Assembly (NCBI RefSeq): GCF_030144855.1
Contig: NC_082734.1
Span: 5,394,001-5,458,000 of the forward strand
DNA length: 64,000 bases
Reading direction: 5' to 3'
Source: Hypanus sabinus
Lineage: Eukaryota
Position numbers and translations under genes: made by a program. Of this stretch, positions 13,551 through 26,988 are shown one piece after another (within the stretch, counting starts at the first letter, position 1; the number at the start of each line of letters is the position of its first letter). Under the pieces are notes generated by a model. That model did no database searches and was not told where the DNA came from. It saw only the letters and a program-made list of their open reading frames with translations.

Positions 13551-15239
13551 CAGTGGTATTTATTACTGGAGCAGTGTATTTCATTGTTAAAGAGTCTCTT
13601 GACCTGAATGACTGCAGAGTTTGTGCCAGGACAGTGGTGGAAGTATTGGAATAATTGGGCTTCTTCTGAGGTAGCACAGGCAGAATGTATGGATTGGCCT
13701 CACATGGAAGATTCTTTTGAATATCTGTGCTGCTGACACTGATATTTGTAGAGGAGATTCATGTAGAAGGTATGCTAGTATAGATCACTTGGGCAGAATG
13801 GCCTGCTTCTCTGCTGTATGATTCTGTGATTATCCATATCTGAACCTATGTTTTTAATTCTCAAGTGAAAGGCCTCTGAGCTTAGCTTAGAATAGCTTGA
13901 TCTTGGGACAGCATGGTAGCGTAATGTTTGCAGCGCCAGGGTTCAATTCCTGTTTGTCTGTCCTCTGTATGACTGCATAGGACTCGTCCCGGTTTCCTCC
14001 CATATTCCAAAGACGTACGGAATAGGGTTAGTAAGTTGTTGGTATGCTAAATTGGCACCAGAAGCATGCCGACACTTATGAGCTCCCCCACCCATCTCAG
14101 ACTGGGTTGGTATTTGATGCAAGCAACATGTTTTACTGTGTTTCAATGTGCATGTGACAAATAAAGTTTTATCTTTTTAATCGTTAAAGTGTAGGAATTG
14201 TTTCTGCAAAGAGAAAGCCAAAGTTGATCGATCTTAATTCAACCCAAAACCTCACTAACAGCCTTCCCACAGATGTTGCTTGATCTGTGAAGTTTCTTGA
14301 GCAGTTTTTTTATTTGCTTCAGATTCCAGTAACTGCAGTCCTGCAGAATGGGCATTGGCCCAAAACGTCAACTGAACCCGCTGATTTCCGCCAGCATTTT
14401 GTGTGTGTTATCTGCAGTCTCTTGTGTCTCTGATATTCCAATGAGATTTTATTGAGTGAGCTGTATATTTTAGGTTGGCTTTGTTAATGAGATGGTGGTT
14501 AACCTTGGTGGTCAGGTGCTAGTTGAGCAATTCCATGTCTTGTTTGAATCATGGCCTACATTCTGTAGGGAATGAGGTAGAATGAATCTATACAACTCCC
14601 CATCCAAGTAGTTCTTGAATTTTGCAGAACAAAACTATTTGCCCACCTTCAGGGCAGTAGAGATATCGGAGAGAATGTTAAAAGGCCAGCAATGTAGGAA
14701 GTGTTTGACATATTTGGTTTAACATTTACAAAAGTAACCACACTGGTAACCACTTCCTTTTTCTTCTTGGTTTGAATGATTCTTTAATCACTTTGTTTCA
14801 TCATCATTATGTGCTGTGTCATATGACGTGGCAATTACAGTCAATGACCATGATTGTCCTTGGTTAATCTGTCCACAGAAGTGGTAGGCAGTGTCTTTAC
14901 AAGATGGGTGACCTCCTGCCATTATCAGTACTCTTCAGTGGCATCAGTGGTCACATAACCAGGACTTGCGATATGCACCATCTGCTCATTTGACTATCCA
15001 CCCCATGCTCCCATGGCTTCACGTGACTCTGGTTCCTGGATGGGGGGCTATATTAGTGCTACACCTTGCCCAAGGGGGACTTGCAGGCTAACGGAGGGAA
15101 GGAGCGCCTTGCACCTCCTTTGGTAGAGGCGTATCTTCACCCTTGTATCAACACTGCTCTCCAGTCTAACTTGAGGCAGTCCACTGCATCAGAAACACTA
15201 TAAATTGTAAGTTGTTTTGGGGATAGTGTGATATGTGAG

Positions 15240-15685
15240 AGGTGATATTAGGAGTTTGAGGAGATTTGGCATGTCACCAAAGACTGGAGCAAATTCCCGC
15301 CTATGGACCAAGGAGAGCATTCTAATGGGTTGCATCACCATCTGGTGTGGAGGGGCCACTGCAGAGTGTTTCAAGCTCCAGCAATAGACTCCCCTGCATA
15401 GAGGATATCTTCAAAAGGTGACGTCCATCACCCTGGATGTGCTCACTACCATCAGAGAGGAGGTATAGGTGACTGAAGACATAATCAATGTGCTAGGAAT
15501 AGCTTCTTGTCCTCCACCACCAGATTTCTGAATGGGCAAAGAACATAGACACTATCTCACTGTTTTTGCACTAATTTAATGTTTTATTGATCTATTTCTT
15601 GCAACTTATAGTATTTTTTTATTGCACTGTACTGCTGCCACAAAACAAATTTCATGGTGTATGCCAGTGATAAACCTGATTGATA
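15240..15685 (+). mobile_element. Rex1/Babar-like LINE 3' fragment; relatives ~25340-25780(-), 26020-26845(-), 27660-28110(+), 39640-40480(-), 53100-54020(-), 55160-55560(+), 56880-57240(-)
   Basis: Copies encode ESIL.GCIT.W and HPGH.LFS.LPSG(R/K)RYRSL..HT.RFRNSF.PS.IR.LN-type C-termini (e.g. ORF 27656-27844). Confidence 0.7.
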
Positions 15686-17952
15686 CATGTTCACTGTAAC
15701 TTGTGAAACTATTATACTATTGAGTATTGAAATTGTCATTCACAAAATCAATGGCCACTTGTAAAATGTGTGTCTTTGCTTTGTCATTTAATGATTGGAA
15801 GTGTGCCAGTTGCTTGATGTGTTCATTCTGAGGCTCTGCTGACTCAGTGGAAGTGCTCATCTGATGACTATGTCTGGCATAACTATGTTTTCAGCAGTTT
15901 GGACCGGGTTCATTCTCTTTTAACATGGGCTTATAAAATTGAGGAGGGATAGCTGGTTAGAACCTATTTTCCAGGGCAGGGCCTCCAGAATGAGAGGAGA
16001 GAAGTTTAGAGATTTGAAGGATGAGAAGGTAATGGTTATCTAGAGCAAGCTGCTGGAGGTGGGGTAGGGGCATTTAGTTACAATATTTGATAAGCGCTTG
16101 GATAGGGACTTGCAGGCCATTGGGATTGGCATAGATAGGCATTGTGGTCAACAGGGATGAGATGTGCTGAAGGGACCTGTTTCTGTAGCAACACATGCAA
16201 AATGCTGGAGGACCTCAGCAGGCCAGGCAGCATCTATGGAAAAGAGTGAAAGGTCAATGTTTCGGGCCGAGGCCCTTCATCAGGCCTAGAAAGGAAGAGA
16301 ACTCTGCATAAAGGGGGCGGGGGGAGAAGTACAAGGTGGTAGGTGATGAGTGAAGCTGGGAGAGGGGGAGGGGTGAAGTAAAGTGAGAGAAAGGGCTGGA
16401 GAAGGGGGAATCTGATAGAGGGATGGTCATGGAAGAAAAGGAAGGGGAAGGAGCACCAAAGGGAGGAGATGGGCAGGTAAGGAGATGAGGTCAGAGAGGG
16501 AAACAGGAATGGGGATTGATGAAGTGGTGGGGGGGGGACAATTACCGGAAGTTCAAGAAGTCAAAGTTCATGCCATCAAGTTGGAGGTTACCCAGAACTG
16601 TTTCTGTGTTCCATTTATGGTTCTTGTGGTTGATGCTCTTCTGAGCTGCTGCTTTCATCAACTTTTGTCATTTCCTTCAAATTTGTATCAAATTTTGGCA
16701 TTCACATGAAGCTCTTCTAAAATTAATGAAGTTGGAGAAGTTCTGTAAGGAGTTTGTATGGCCTCCCCTATGGAATGTGCGGGTTTTCCCCAGGTATTCC
16801 AGTTTCCTCCCACAGATGTACCAGGTAGGTTAACTGATCATTGTAATTTGTCCTGTGGTTACAATAGGGTTCATTGGATTTTTGCCTGGTGTGGCTCAAA
16901 GGCCCTACTGCACGCTGTATCTCTAAATAAATAAATTTGAAATGATTGAACAGATTTGGAGAAAAACATGAGATGCTGCAGGTGCTGGAAATCCAGAGAA
17001 AGAGACAACGAAATGCTGGAGGAATTCATCAGGTCAGGCAGCAAATATAGACAGGAGACCCTTCAAAGGATGTTGTCTTGAAATGTTGACTCTGTATTCC
17101 TCAGATGCTGCCTGGCCTAACGAGTACCTTCAGCATTTTGTCTGTGTTACTTTAGAGAATAGCAGGGCAATATCCTGAGCAATAGTTATTTCATGAGTAC
17201 AGATTTTAAAAAAACATATCTGGTCACGATCCTGTAAACAGAAATGTGATATTACTGTGCATCCATTAGCTACACAAATCATTTGTAAAGGTTGAGTCTT
17301 GAGTTTGAGGTGCTAAAGTAATTATAATTTAGTTTTTATTGCCTTTCACTTGCTACATTAGTGCAATTTTACTAGCAATAAAACAAAGTTATTGATCTCC
17401 CAGACTTTTGGCTGCAGGCTGCAATCTATTTTCATCGCTGCAAACGATCCTTGCTGTAACTCAACCCTACTGACCCGACAATGAGGTAAAGTCCTACTTG
17501 CTACGTGAGTGTTGTGTACATGTTTATTGGCAATAGCTTCTTTCCACTCTGTAGCTGTTTCCTAAATGTACAGTGTGTACAAATGTGCCAGAGCTATTCT
17601 GTACCTGTGCTGAAAGTATGCTCTTGTATGGAGACTGCACAGTTTTAACTCCGGAGGGAGCAATGTGTCACAGCAAGATGTTTGCCTTGGGACATATGGT
17701 TTAGCTAGCTGGAGCTGAGTTGGAATCTGTACAGTGTTTTAATGCCTTTGGTGGGGCATGTAATTACAGCTTCGCTGTTTACAAACTCTTTCTAAATATG
17801 TAAGTGGCAATAAATGGATTAATTTTTTTAACATGGATTTCCTTCATTATAATAACTTGGTCTTTTATACAGGCTAATATATATCTTTAATGCTGGTATT
17901 AAATGTATTTAATACTAGGGAGTTCCCAGGAATACCAAGAACTAACTAAATA

Positions 17953-18533
17953 TACTCAATGGCCGCTTTATTAGGTACACCTGTACACCTCATTAATGCA
18001 AATATCTAATCAGCTAATTATGTGGCAGCAACTCAGTGCGTAAGAGATTGCAGACCTGGTCAAGGGGTTCGATTGTTGTTCGGACCAAACATTAGAATGG
18101 GGAAGGAATGTAATCTAAGTGTCTTAGGCTGTGCAATGATTATTGGTGCCAGATGGGATGGTCTGAGTATCTCAGGATTGCTGATTTTTTCCCCCCTCCA
18201 CACATCATGGTCTCTAGAGCAGGAGTTTCCAACCTGGGGTCCATGGACCCCTCAGTTAATGGCATAAAAAGGGTTGAGAACCCCTGCACTAGAGTTGACA
18301 GAGAATGGTGAGAAATCAAGTAATAGGCAGTTCTATGAGTAAAAATGCTTTGTTAATGAGAGAGGTCAGAGGAGAATGGTCAGAATTGTTCAAGCTTACA
18401 GTAACTCAAATAACCACTCATTACAACAGAGCATCTCTGGATGCACAACACATCAGACCTTGAAACAGATGGGCTACAGCAGCAGAGGACCACACCAGCT
18501 CCACTCCTGTACCTAATAAAGTGACCACTGAGG
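17953..18533 (+). mobile_element. Non-autonomous Tc1/mariner derivative (same family as 9440-9892)
   Basis: Same TIR (actcaatggccgctttattaggtaca ... tgtacctaataaagtgaccactgag) and HTH remnant. Confidence 0.85.
18220..18286. mobile_element. Short hAT-Charlie-like MITE (related copies near 44744-44830, 46418-46497, 56642-56721)
   Basis: CAGGAGTTTCCAACC...GGTTGAGAACCCCTG termini, TSD CTCTAGAG/CACTAGAG, nested in a Tc1 derivative. Confidence 0.8.
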
Positions 18534-18791
18534 ATATATGCTATGAAACAGACTAGGTGGCAATGTCCTTTTAATGCATTAGCCCCTCCAGTACGTCCAT
18601 GTATGTTCAGCCAGATACTTGCTAAACTGGCAATGACAATTGTCTCTGGTCTGTTCCTTAATTTAGATACTGTCATTTCCTATCATTGCTGTTACCAGGA
18701 CAGCATGGTAGTGTAGTAGTTGGTGCAGTCCAGGCCCCAGAGTGTGTCGAAGCAACAGAACCCGATGTTTGGGCTATGATTTAGGTGCTGG

Positions 18792-19414
18792 TCTTTACGG
18801 TACTCTCAAGACCATAAAGAATGATACCATTAAAGTCTTAGACTTCAAGTACCTTGGGTCAATAATGATGAGTTTGGAGAAGGGCATAAAGATACGGAAG
18901 GCATTGGCATGAGGGCTGTGAACGACATGAAGGAAATCTGGAGGTCGAACCTGACCAGAGGGCTCAAAAAGAGGATCTTCATAGCAGTCATGGAGTCCAT
19001 TCTCACATATGGATGCAAGACGTGGACAATCACCAAGACCATGTGAAAGTCACTAGATGGTTGCTATACATGAGTGCTCCAGATAGCTCTTGACGTAAGC
19101 TGGTAACAGCACATGATGAACGTCGAGCTCTATGACGACCTAACAATGCTCACTACTAAAATCAAGGCGAGAAGACCGCAACTAGCGGGGCACTGTCTAC
19201 GCCACCGTGAGCTACCTGCCAGCCTAGTCATCACATGGGAGCCCAAGCATGGGCGGATGAACCCTGGGCGCCCTCCCAAGACTACGGTCAGCATGCTCCT
19301 AGAAGATAGTGGCACGGCTAATGTAAATGAACTGAACACATGGAGGAGTGAAGAGTCTGTCATCGTGCCTGACGCCGGCCCCCTAGGCCTGGGTCAGCAT
19401 AGTAGTAACAGTAG
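18792..19414 (+). mobile_element. RTE-type LINE 3' fragment with 11-bp TSD
   Basis: DFKYLGS, ESILTYGCKTW and RRPQLAGHCLR...WEPKHG...GRPPKT motifs, tagtagt tail, TSD TTAGGTGCTGG at 18781-18791 and 19415-19425. Confidence 0.85.
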
Positions 19415-20275
19415 TTAGGTGCTGGACCAGTTTGAAAAGGTCAAGGCCTGAGACAAGGGATGGGCAGGTTCAGTTTGCTGCTCCATGATGTTTACTCGGT
19501 TCTGTGCTGAACTAAGTTTCTGTGGATGGACTGTCTTTGTGGGCTTCAGTTCAGAATGCTATTTGCTTCTATTTATTGTTTGCATGAATTTTTTTTCTTA
19601 CTGCAGATTACATGTTTCACAGTCTTTATGGTATTGTTTTGCAGGGTCTTGGTTTTGTGATTGCCTGTAAAGGTGAATCTCAAAGTTGTTTAATGTATAC
19701 ATACTTTGATAATAAATGTACTTTGAATGCTATTACAGCAGCCAGCGACCCGGGTTCAATATCCTTTGCTGTCTGTAAGAGTTTCCTCTGGGACCTCAGG
19801 TTTCCTCCCATATTCCAAAGGCACACAAGTTGGTAGGTTAATTGGTCACGTGGATGTAATTGGTTGACACAGGCTCTTTGTGCTGGCGGGCCTGTTAACT
19901 GTAACTCAAAATAAACATTACCTTGTTCATTACAAACTCTCAACTTCAGGTTTATTGTCATTCAACAATACACATGTATGCAGCTAAATGAAACATTATT
20001 CCTCTGGGGCCAAGGTGCAGAACACGTTTCATACAGTCACACACAGCATGCATAGTTGCGTCCCAGCACTTGTGGTCACAAAATAATATTAGTCCAAGTC
20101 CCTGAGCAGCATGTCCTGAAGATTGACAGGTTGACATTAGAGTGCAAGATGCCTGTTTTTGTAAGACAGTATAATGTTACTGGCACTATTATAATAAAAG
20201 AAACAGTTGTATAATATGTTAAACAGCAGACAGGAAGAAAGGAAGGTTCAGGCAGATCCAATGCTGACACTTTTG

Positions 20276-20562
20276 GGCAGCATGGTAGTGCAGTGGTTAG
20301 CTCAAAACTTTACAGCACAGATGACCTGGGTTAATTTCATGTTGCTGCCTGTAAAAAGTTTGTACGTTCTCCCCAAAACACGTGTGTTTCCTCTGGGTGC
20401 TATGGTTTCTTCCCATGGTCCAAAGATGTACCAGTTGGTAGGCTAATTGACCATTGTAAATTGTCCTGTGATTAGGCTAGGATTAAATTTGGGGATTGCT
20501 GGGCGGTGGGGCTCAAAGAGCCTTATTTGTGCTGTATCTCAATAAACAATAAATAAATAAAA
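20276..20562 (+). mobile_element. tRNA-derived HE1/V-SINE-like SINE; other copies ~3885-4065, 7080-7350, 8660-8935, 13905-14180, 16743-16935, 19727-19920, 20755-20975, 27580-28350 (interrupted), 29440-29665(-), 63477-63620
   Basis: A/B-box-like head (tggtagtgcagtggttag...ggttaatt), V-domain-like core gtttcctctgggtgct..ggtttc.tccca..gtccaaaga, and aataaa tail. Confidence 0.8.
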
Positions 20563-22234
20563 CAGAATTGAATATATTATTGAAGCCTAAATTAAGGTGA
20601 GGGGTAAAGAGCTGGAAGTGGGTCTTTTTGGGCAGCTTAATCAAAATAAGTGCATGGCTGCCATCATTTCTGTGCTTTCCTTAAAAGTTTTGTTTGTCAT
20701 AAATAATCCCAAAAACATTGACATAAATTATACAGCAACTCATACAAAATGGGATGTCACAGTAGCATAGTGGTTAATGCAAAGTTATTACAGCTGGGGG
20801 TGTCAAGAGTTCAGAATGCAATTCCAATGCCACCTGTAAGGAGTTTGTGTGTGTGTGTGTGTTTTCTCCTACAGTCCAGTTAGTAGGTTAATTGGTCGTT
20901 GTAAAATGTCCTGCGATTAAGCAGGTGGGTTGCTGGGCCGGAAGGGTCTGTTGCGTGCCATATCTCTAAGTAAAGTGCAATAGATGCTGCTGGAACTCAG
21001 CAAGTCAAGCGGCAACCACAGAGACACAAATGATTCACGTTTCAGGCCTTACATTAAAAACTTGTAAAAATTGTGTATAAGAAAAAATAAAAATATTTGA
21101 CCCAAAAAAAAATGCCAGGTCCATTTCAGTGCAAAGAGATTAATGTGATCAATCAGTGCTGCTAATCTATTGTGGTGAGAATTTTTTCTGCCTGATCGAT
21201 TGGGGAAAAATTGAATGTTTGGAAGGAAAATTATCGATCTATTGAGATACAGTGTGGAATGGGTCCTTCCGGCCCTTGAGTCATGCCGTTCAGTGCCCCA
21301 ATTTAATTCTAGCCTAATAATGGGACAACTTGCAATAATCAATTAACCTACCAACTGGTGTGTGTTTGGACTGTAGGTGGAAACCAGAGTACTGGGGGGG
21401 GGGGGGGGGGAATGTGGTTGGAGCCCATGGAGTCGTGGAGAACAAGTGGAGGTCAAGTCATTGGTGTATTTAAGGCAGAGATAGATAGGTTCTTGATTAG
21501 CCAGGGCATCAAAGAGTATGAGATGAAGTTGAGGGAGTGGGGATGATTGGAAGAATTGGATCAGTCCATGATTGAATGGTGGGACAGACTTGAAAGGCTG
21601 AATGGCCTACTTCTGCTCCTAAATCTTATGGTCTTATGAACGCTTAGGTTTCCTCCCACATTCCCAGGTTAATTGGTCACATGGTTGTACTTGGGCAGTG
21701 CAGGCTTGTTGGGCCAATTATCATGCTGTATCTCTAAAGTATCATCTACAAGTCATTTGATAGGCATGTCAGGTCATGTATTCTTGTATTTATCCTAGAT
21801 TCGTGGTCTGGTGTCACACAAACAAGTAACAATCTTTTTGTTCTTTTCCGTGCCTTGTAGTGTATTCCTTGTCTTTTTTAGCATTTTGTCTGTTTTTTTT
21901 AAATGAGGCCAAGTTGATGGATCAACGCTCACCCAGCACAAATGGAAAGTGTGCAAGGAGCCAGCTGGATTCAAACCTGAGACCACTTGCCTCAAAGTCC
22001 AGTGCTGATGCCACTACACCACTTGCTGGCAGTAACAATCTTTTTCACTCCTTGGAAATTAGAAGCATCTTGCACTTGTACACTATTTTCTCCTGCTTTC
22101 GGATGAAGTGCTGATTAATGTGATTAATTTTGATTGGTACTTTACAGGTGGCTTGTGTGTGATTGGTCAGTAGGCCTCTTTCTGGAGTGCTTGGGGGAAT
22201 ATCAGCTAACTTGCTGAGCAAAGTGGGTAAATGC

Positions 22235-22680
22235 ACCAGGATGAGACCACCTTCAAGTTGGTGCAACACCTTGTATTCTCTTTGGGTAACCTTCAACCTG
22301 ATGGAATGAATATTGATTTCTTCTTCTGGTAACCAAATTCCACTCCTTCCCTCTTCCTCTATTCCCCACTCTGACCTTTTACTACTCCTCATCTGCATAT
22401 TACTTGCCCCAGGTTCCCTGCTTCCCTTTTTCCTATGGTCCACTCTCCGCTCCCATCAGATTCTTTCTTCTCTAGCCCTTGACCTTTCCCAACCACCTGG
22501 CTTTCTCCCCCCACCCCCCACCCCTCCACCTTGTTATTCTGGGATCTTCTCTCCACCCCCCCCCCCCTCCGCCTTCCTTTCCAGTCCTGAAGGAAGGTCT
22601 CAGTCCAATGTATTTATTCACTTCCATAGATGCAGTCTGACCTGCTGAATTCCTCCAACATTGTATGTGTGTTGATTTTA
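22235..22680 (+). mobile_element. Penelope-like element 3' fragment (GIY-YIG C-terminus, pyrimidine tract, terminal repeat); relatives at ~6090-6650(-), 16190-16600(-), 54890-55150(-), 57930-58345(-), 63620-64000(+)
   Basis: Translates to QHLVFSLGNLQPDGMNIDF, matching the EQHLIFRLG.LQP.G.N..F C-terminus of PLE endonucleases. Followed by the tcctga.gaagg...atagatgc...ctgctgaattcctcca terminal repeat. Confidence 0.75.
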
Positions 22681-24029
22681 AAAACAAGTAGATCATTCAG
22701 TGTGCCCTGCTTTTCAAGATTATGGCTATTCTTTTGACTCAGTACCACATTCTCATACTAACCCCATAATTCCCTCAATTTCAAAAAAATTGGTCTCCCC
22801 TTTCAGATGGAGCTTTCACAGCTGTCCTGTGTACAGAATTACTAATTGTGCTCTGAATTGCGAAACTTTGTTCTGTCCTAAGTTACTGGCTGCTTAGTCT
22901 GATCTCACAGACTCGCCCTCTTCAACTGTTGTTAAAACCCAAGCAACTGGTGCTACTTGAGGGGGCAACTCACAGACTTTTGGATGGAGTGGTGCATTTA
23001 TGTTTACTTTTAATCCAACTGAGCTATTGGGGTCTAGATGCCTCCTGTCGTCTGAAAGATGATGTCTTTGATACGGTGGTACTTCCTCAATATTGCAGTG
23101 CAGCGTCAGTCAATGGTGTGTACTTCACTCTCTAGATTAGGGATTGAACTAAAACTTACAGCACCACAAATAGCAAAAGACTATTTACTAACCTTGAAGG
23201 TTCACTAGATGAGCGTTCTTATTAACGTTACAGCAACTGGCAAAGTGTTGCAGAGAATTTGTTAAACAGATGGGTCATCGAGCCAGTTTGGCTGGTTCTG
23301 GCGTATTGATTATTTACTTTGTCTGACTAGTCTCTCTTTCCCCTCCAGCCTTGTTGCAAAACCCTGTATGCACATGCACGCACACATGTTTTATACATTA
23401 TATATCTTTTATGTATATTTAAAGTAAATTTCTTAACAAAGTGCACATACCGGGATGTCACAGTATACTACCTTGAGTTTAATTTTCTTACGGGCTTTTA
23501 CAGCAAGTATAAAAAAAGCACAATAGAATTAATGAAAAACTTACTGATAAATTACAGATGTGCAAAAGATGCCAAATTGTGAAATTGTAAAAAGAAAAAT
23601 GGTTAGATAAATAAGTAAAAATAATATTAATGACTAGTTGTAGAGTCTTTCAAAATTAGTCTGTAGTTTGTGGAATTCAGCTCAAAGTTAGACCATAAAA
23701 CATAGGAGCAGAATTAGGTCATTCAGCCCATCGAGTCTGCTCCACCATTTCAACATGGCTGATCCCAGATCTCACTCAACCCCATATACCTGCCTTCTTG
23801 CCTTATCCTTTGATATCAGTTGGGGTTAGCAAAGTTGTCCATGCTGGTTCAGAAGCTGATGGCCGAGGAGTATTTATTTCCTGTTCATTGACTAACTCTG
23901 ATTTGCTCTGTGACTAAAGTCAGTTAAAGATAAGTTTTGTTTTGGGAGAAAAGGAAGGTTTGAGCATGGTAGCATAGTGCTTTACAGTGCCAGTGACCTG
24001 GTATGAAAAACTGTGCTTTTTGTACATAT

Positions 24030-25322
24030 GTACATTTGTAAGAAAAAGTTTGAGCCCTTTGCAATTTCTGATCTTCTGCATTAATTGCACAAAATGTTTT
24101 CTGGTCTTCATCTAAGTCACAATATTAGACCAGCACAATCTGCCCAAACTCATAACACACAAACAGTTGTACTTTTCATGTCTTTATTGAACACATTGAT
24201 TAATCATTCACAATCCACGCTGGAAAAAAGTATGTGAACTCTTGTGTATATAATAACTAGTAGAATCTCCTTAGCAGCAATAACCTCCACCAAACATTCT
24301 CTGTAGCTGCTGATCAGCCTTGCACAACAATGAGGAGGAATTTTAGACCATTCCTCCATACAAAACTATTTCAGTTCAACAATATTTCTGAGATACTTTG
24401 CATGAACAGCCCTCTTCAGGACATGCCACAGCATCTCAATTGGGTTAAGGTCTGGACTCTGACAGCCACTTCAAAACGAAACTTAAAAAGAAAATTTAAT
24501 TCTGTTTCAGATCATTGTCTTGTTGCATCATCAGCTTCAGGTGACAGCTACTACCCTGACATCCTCCTGTAAATGTCTTGATACGATTTTGAATTTGTTG
24601 TTCCCTCTACGATTGCAGGCTGTCCGGGCCCTGAGGGAGCAAAGGAGCAAGAAACCATAATGCTCCTTCCACCATGCTTCACAGTTGGGATGAAGTTTTG
24701 GTGTTTCTTTTCTCACTCCAAATAGAGTGGTGTGCATTTCTGCCAGAAAGTTCAACTTTTGTCTCGTATATCCACAGAACATTGTCCCAGAAGTGTTGTG
24801 GAACATCCAGGTGGTCTTTTAGATGTGCAACAATTTAATTTTTTTTCAGTTGTTTCCTAGGGGTCCTTCCATGAACACCATTCTTGTTCACTGTTTTTCT
24901 TATAGTGGACGCTTGAACAGAGACCTTAGCAAGTTCCAGAGATTTCTGCAGGTCTTTTGCTGTTACATTTGGGTTCTTTTTCAGCTCTGTGCTCTTGCTG
25001 CAATCTTTGCAGGATGCCTACTCCTAGGGAGAGTAGCAACTGTACAACTGTACTAAATTTGCTCCATTTGTACATAATTTCTCTTATTATGGACTGGTGA
25101 GCATTCAGATCTTTAGAAATGCTTCTGCAGCCTTTTTCCAGCTTCATGCATCTCTACAATTCTTATAAGGTCCTCTGAAAGTTGATTTGATCGAAGCATG
25201 GTGCACATAAACAGATTTCTCTTGAGAAGAGCAGGTTCTGTCTGTAACCTGACTTAGTGTGCTTTTTTTTCATGGGGCAGGGCAACTCTACTATCCATAC
25301 CTCCAATCTCATTGATTGGAAC
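24030..25322 (-). mobile_element. Decayed Tc1-like transposon with transposase remnants
   Basis: Minus-strand fragments KGCRSISKDLNAHQSIIREIMYKW (HTH) and a region corresponding to the WxxVLWxDETK and TVKHGGGS motifs; many stops and frameshifts. Confidence 0.8.
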
Positions 25323-26988
25323 AAGGCATGTCCTAGGTGATGGGAGTCCTTAAATGATGGACGCTGCCTTTTTGAAGCATTGCTTCTTGAAGATGTACTG
25401 GATACTATGGAGGCCAGTGCCCATCCATGATGGAGCTGGCAGAGTTTACAACTCTACAGCTTATTTCAATCCTGTACAGTAGCCTCCCCACACCCCCCTA
25501 CCACCGTACCAGATGGTGATGCAGCCAGTTAGAATGCTGTCCACAATTCACCTGTAGAAATTTGTGGGTCCTTTGTGACGTGCCAAGTTTCCTCAAACTC
25601 CTCATGAAGTATGCCTGCTGCGTGTTGTCTTTGCATTTGCATCGATATGTAGGGCAGGATAGATCCTTGGATGTTGATGCCTAGTAACTTGAAATTGCTC
25701 ACTCTTTCCATTTCTGATCCCTCTGAGGACTGGTGTGTTCCCTCATCTTGCCCTTTCTGAAGTCCACGATCAGTATAGATCATAATAACCTGTGTGTGTA
25801 TATATTAAAAAAAAATTGTTTCCTGTTGAATGTTCCACCTGTCCTCGCTGACCATAAGAAACAGTTTGCCCTTGTCTGCTCCATGAAAGTCCTGCTGTAA
25901 AACATCTCTGTCCAACCTTTTGTTCCCCTTGCGGGGGGCGGTGGTGGTGGAGGATTCAATATTTTCCTGCTTCCCAACATAGCATAGTCAGTTCTTGTAC
26001 TATTAGTGAATTTCCTCTGTATGTACAGAATCAAGTTTAATATCACTGGCATGTGTCGTGAAATTTGTTAACTTAGTGACAGCAGTACATTGCAATAGTA
26101 ACATTGGAAAAAAAAAGTAAATCAATTACAGCAAGTGTGTGTATATATATTAAATAGTTTTATTTAAAATAGTGCAAAAACAAATAATAAAAAAAGTGAG
26201 GTAGTGTTCATGGGTTCAATATCCATTTAAGAATCAGGGGAGGAAGCAGCTCCTGCATCACTGAGTGTGTGCCTTCAGGCTTCTAAACCTCTTTCCTGAA
26301 GGCAACAATGAGAAGAGGGCATGATGTGGGTTCTTAATAAAGGACGTCACCTTTCTGCGGCACCGTTTCTTGAAGATGTCTTGGATACTATAGAGCTGAC
26401 TAATTTTAGAACTTTGTGTAGCTTTTAATCCTGTGCATTAGCACCCCACCCGTCTCTCCCATACCAGACAGTGATGCAACCTAACAGAATGCTCTCCATA
26501 GTACATCGTCATTTTTATTGTCATTTTGACTATAACTGCCATGAACAGTACATAGTAAAAATGAGACAACGTTTTTCAGGACCATGGTGTTGCACAGTAC
26601 AAAAACTAGACTGAGCTACGTAAAAAAAACAACAACAACAACAACACTAGACTACAGACCTACCCAGGACTGCATAAAGTGCATAAAACAGTGCAGGTAT
26701 AATAATAATTAATAAATAGGACAATGGGGCACTAAGGTGTCAGTCCAGGCTCTGGGTATTGAGGAGTCTGATAAATCTATAGAAGTCTTCGAGTGTTTAG
26801 GGTGACAAACTAAATCTCCTTAAACTGATGAAATATAGCTGCTATATTTCAAAAAGGCATCCTCCAATGTGGTAGTCAGAATGAAATAAAATAATTTAGC
26901 TGAAACCTTACCATTGTTGTCTTAGCACACACTTCTAATCCTACTGTCTTGTCTTTCTGTTATCCCACAGGCAACTACACCTACTATA

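Noticed and set aside
20276-20345. tRNA-like A/B boxes as tRNA genes
   Set aside because: They are degenerate SINE heads followed by the SINE core, with no cloverleaf.
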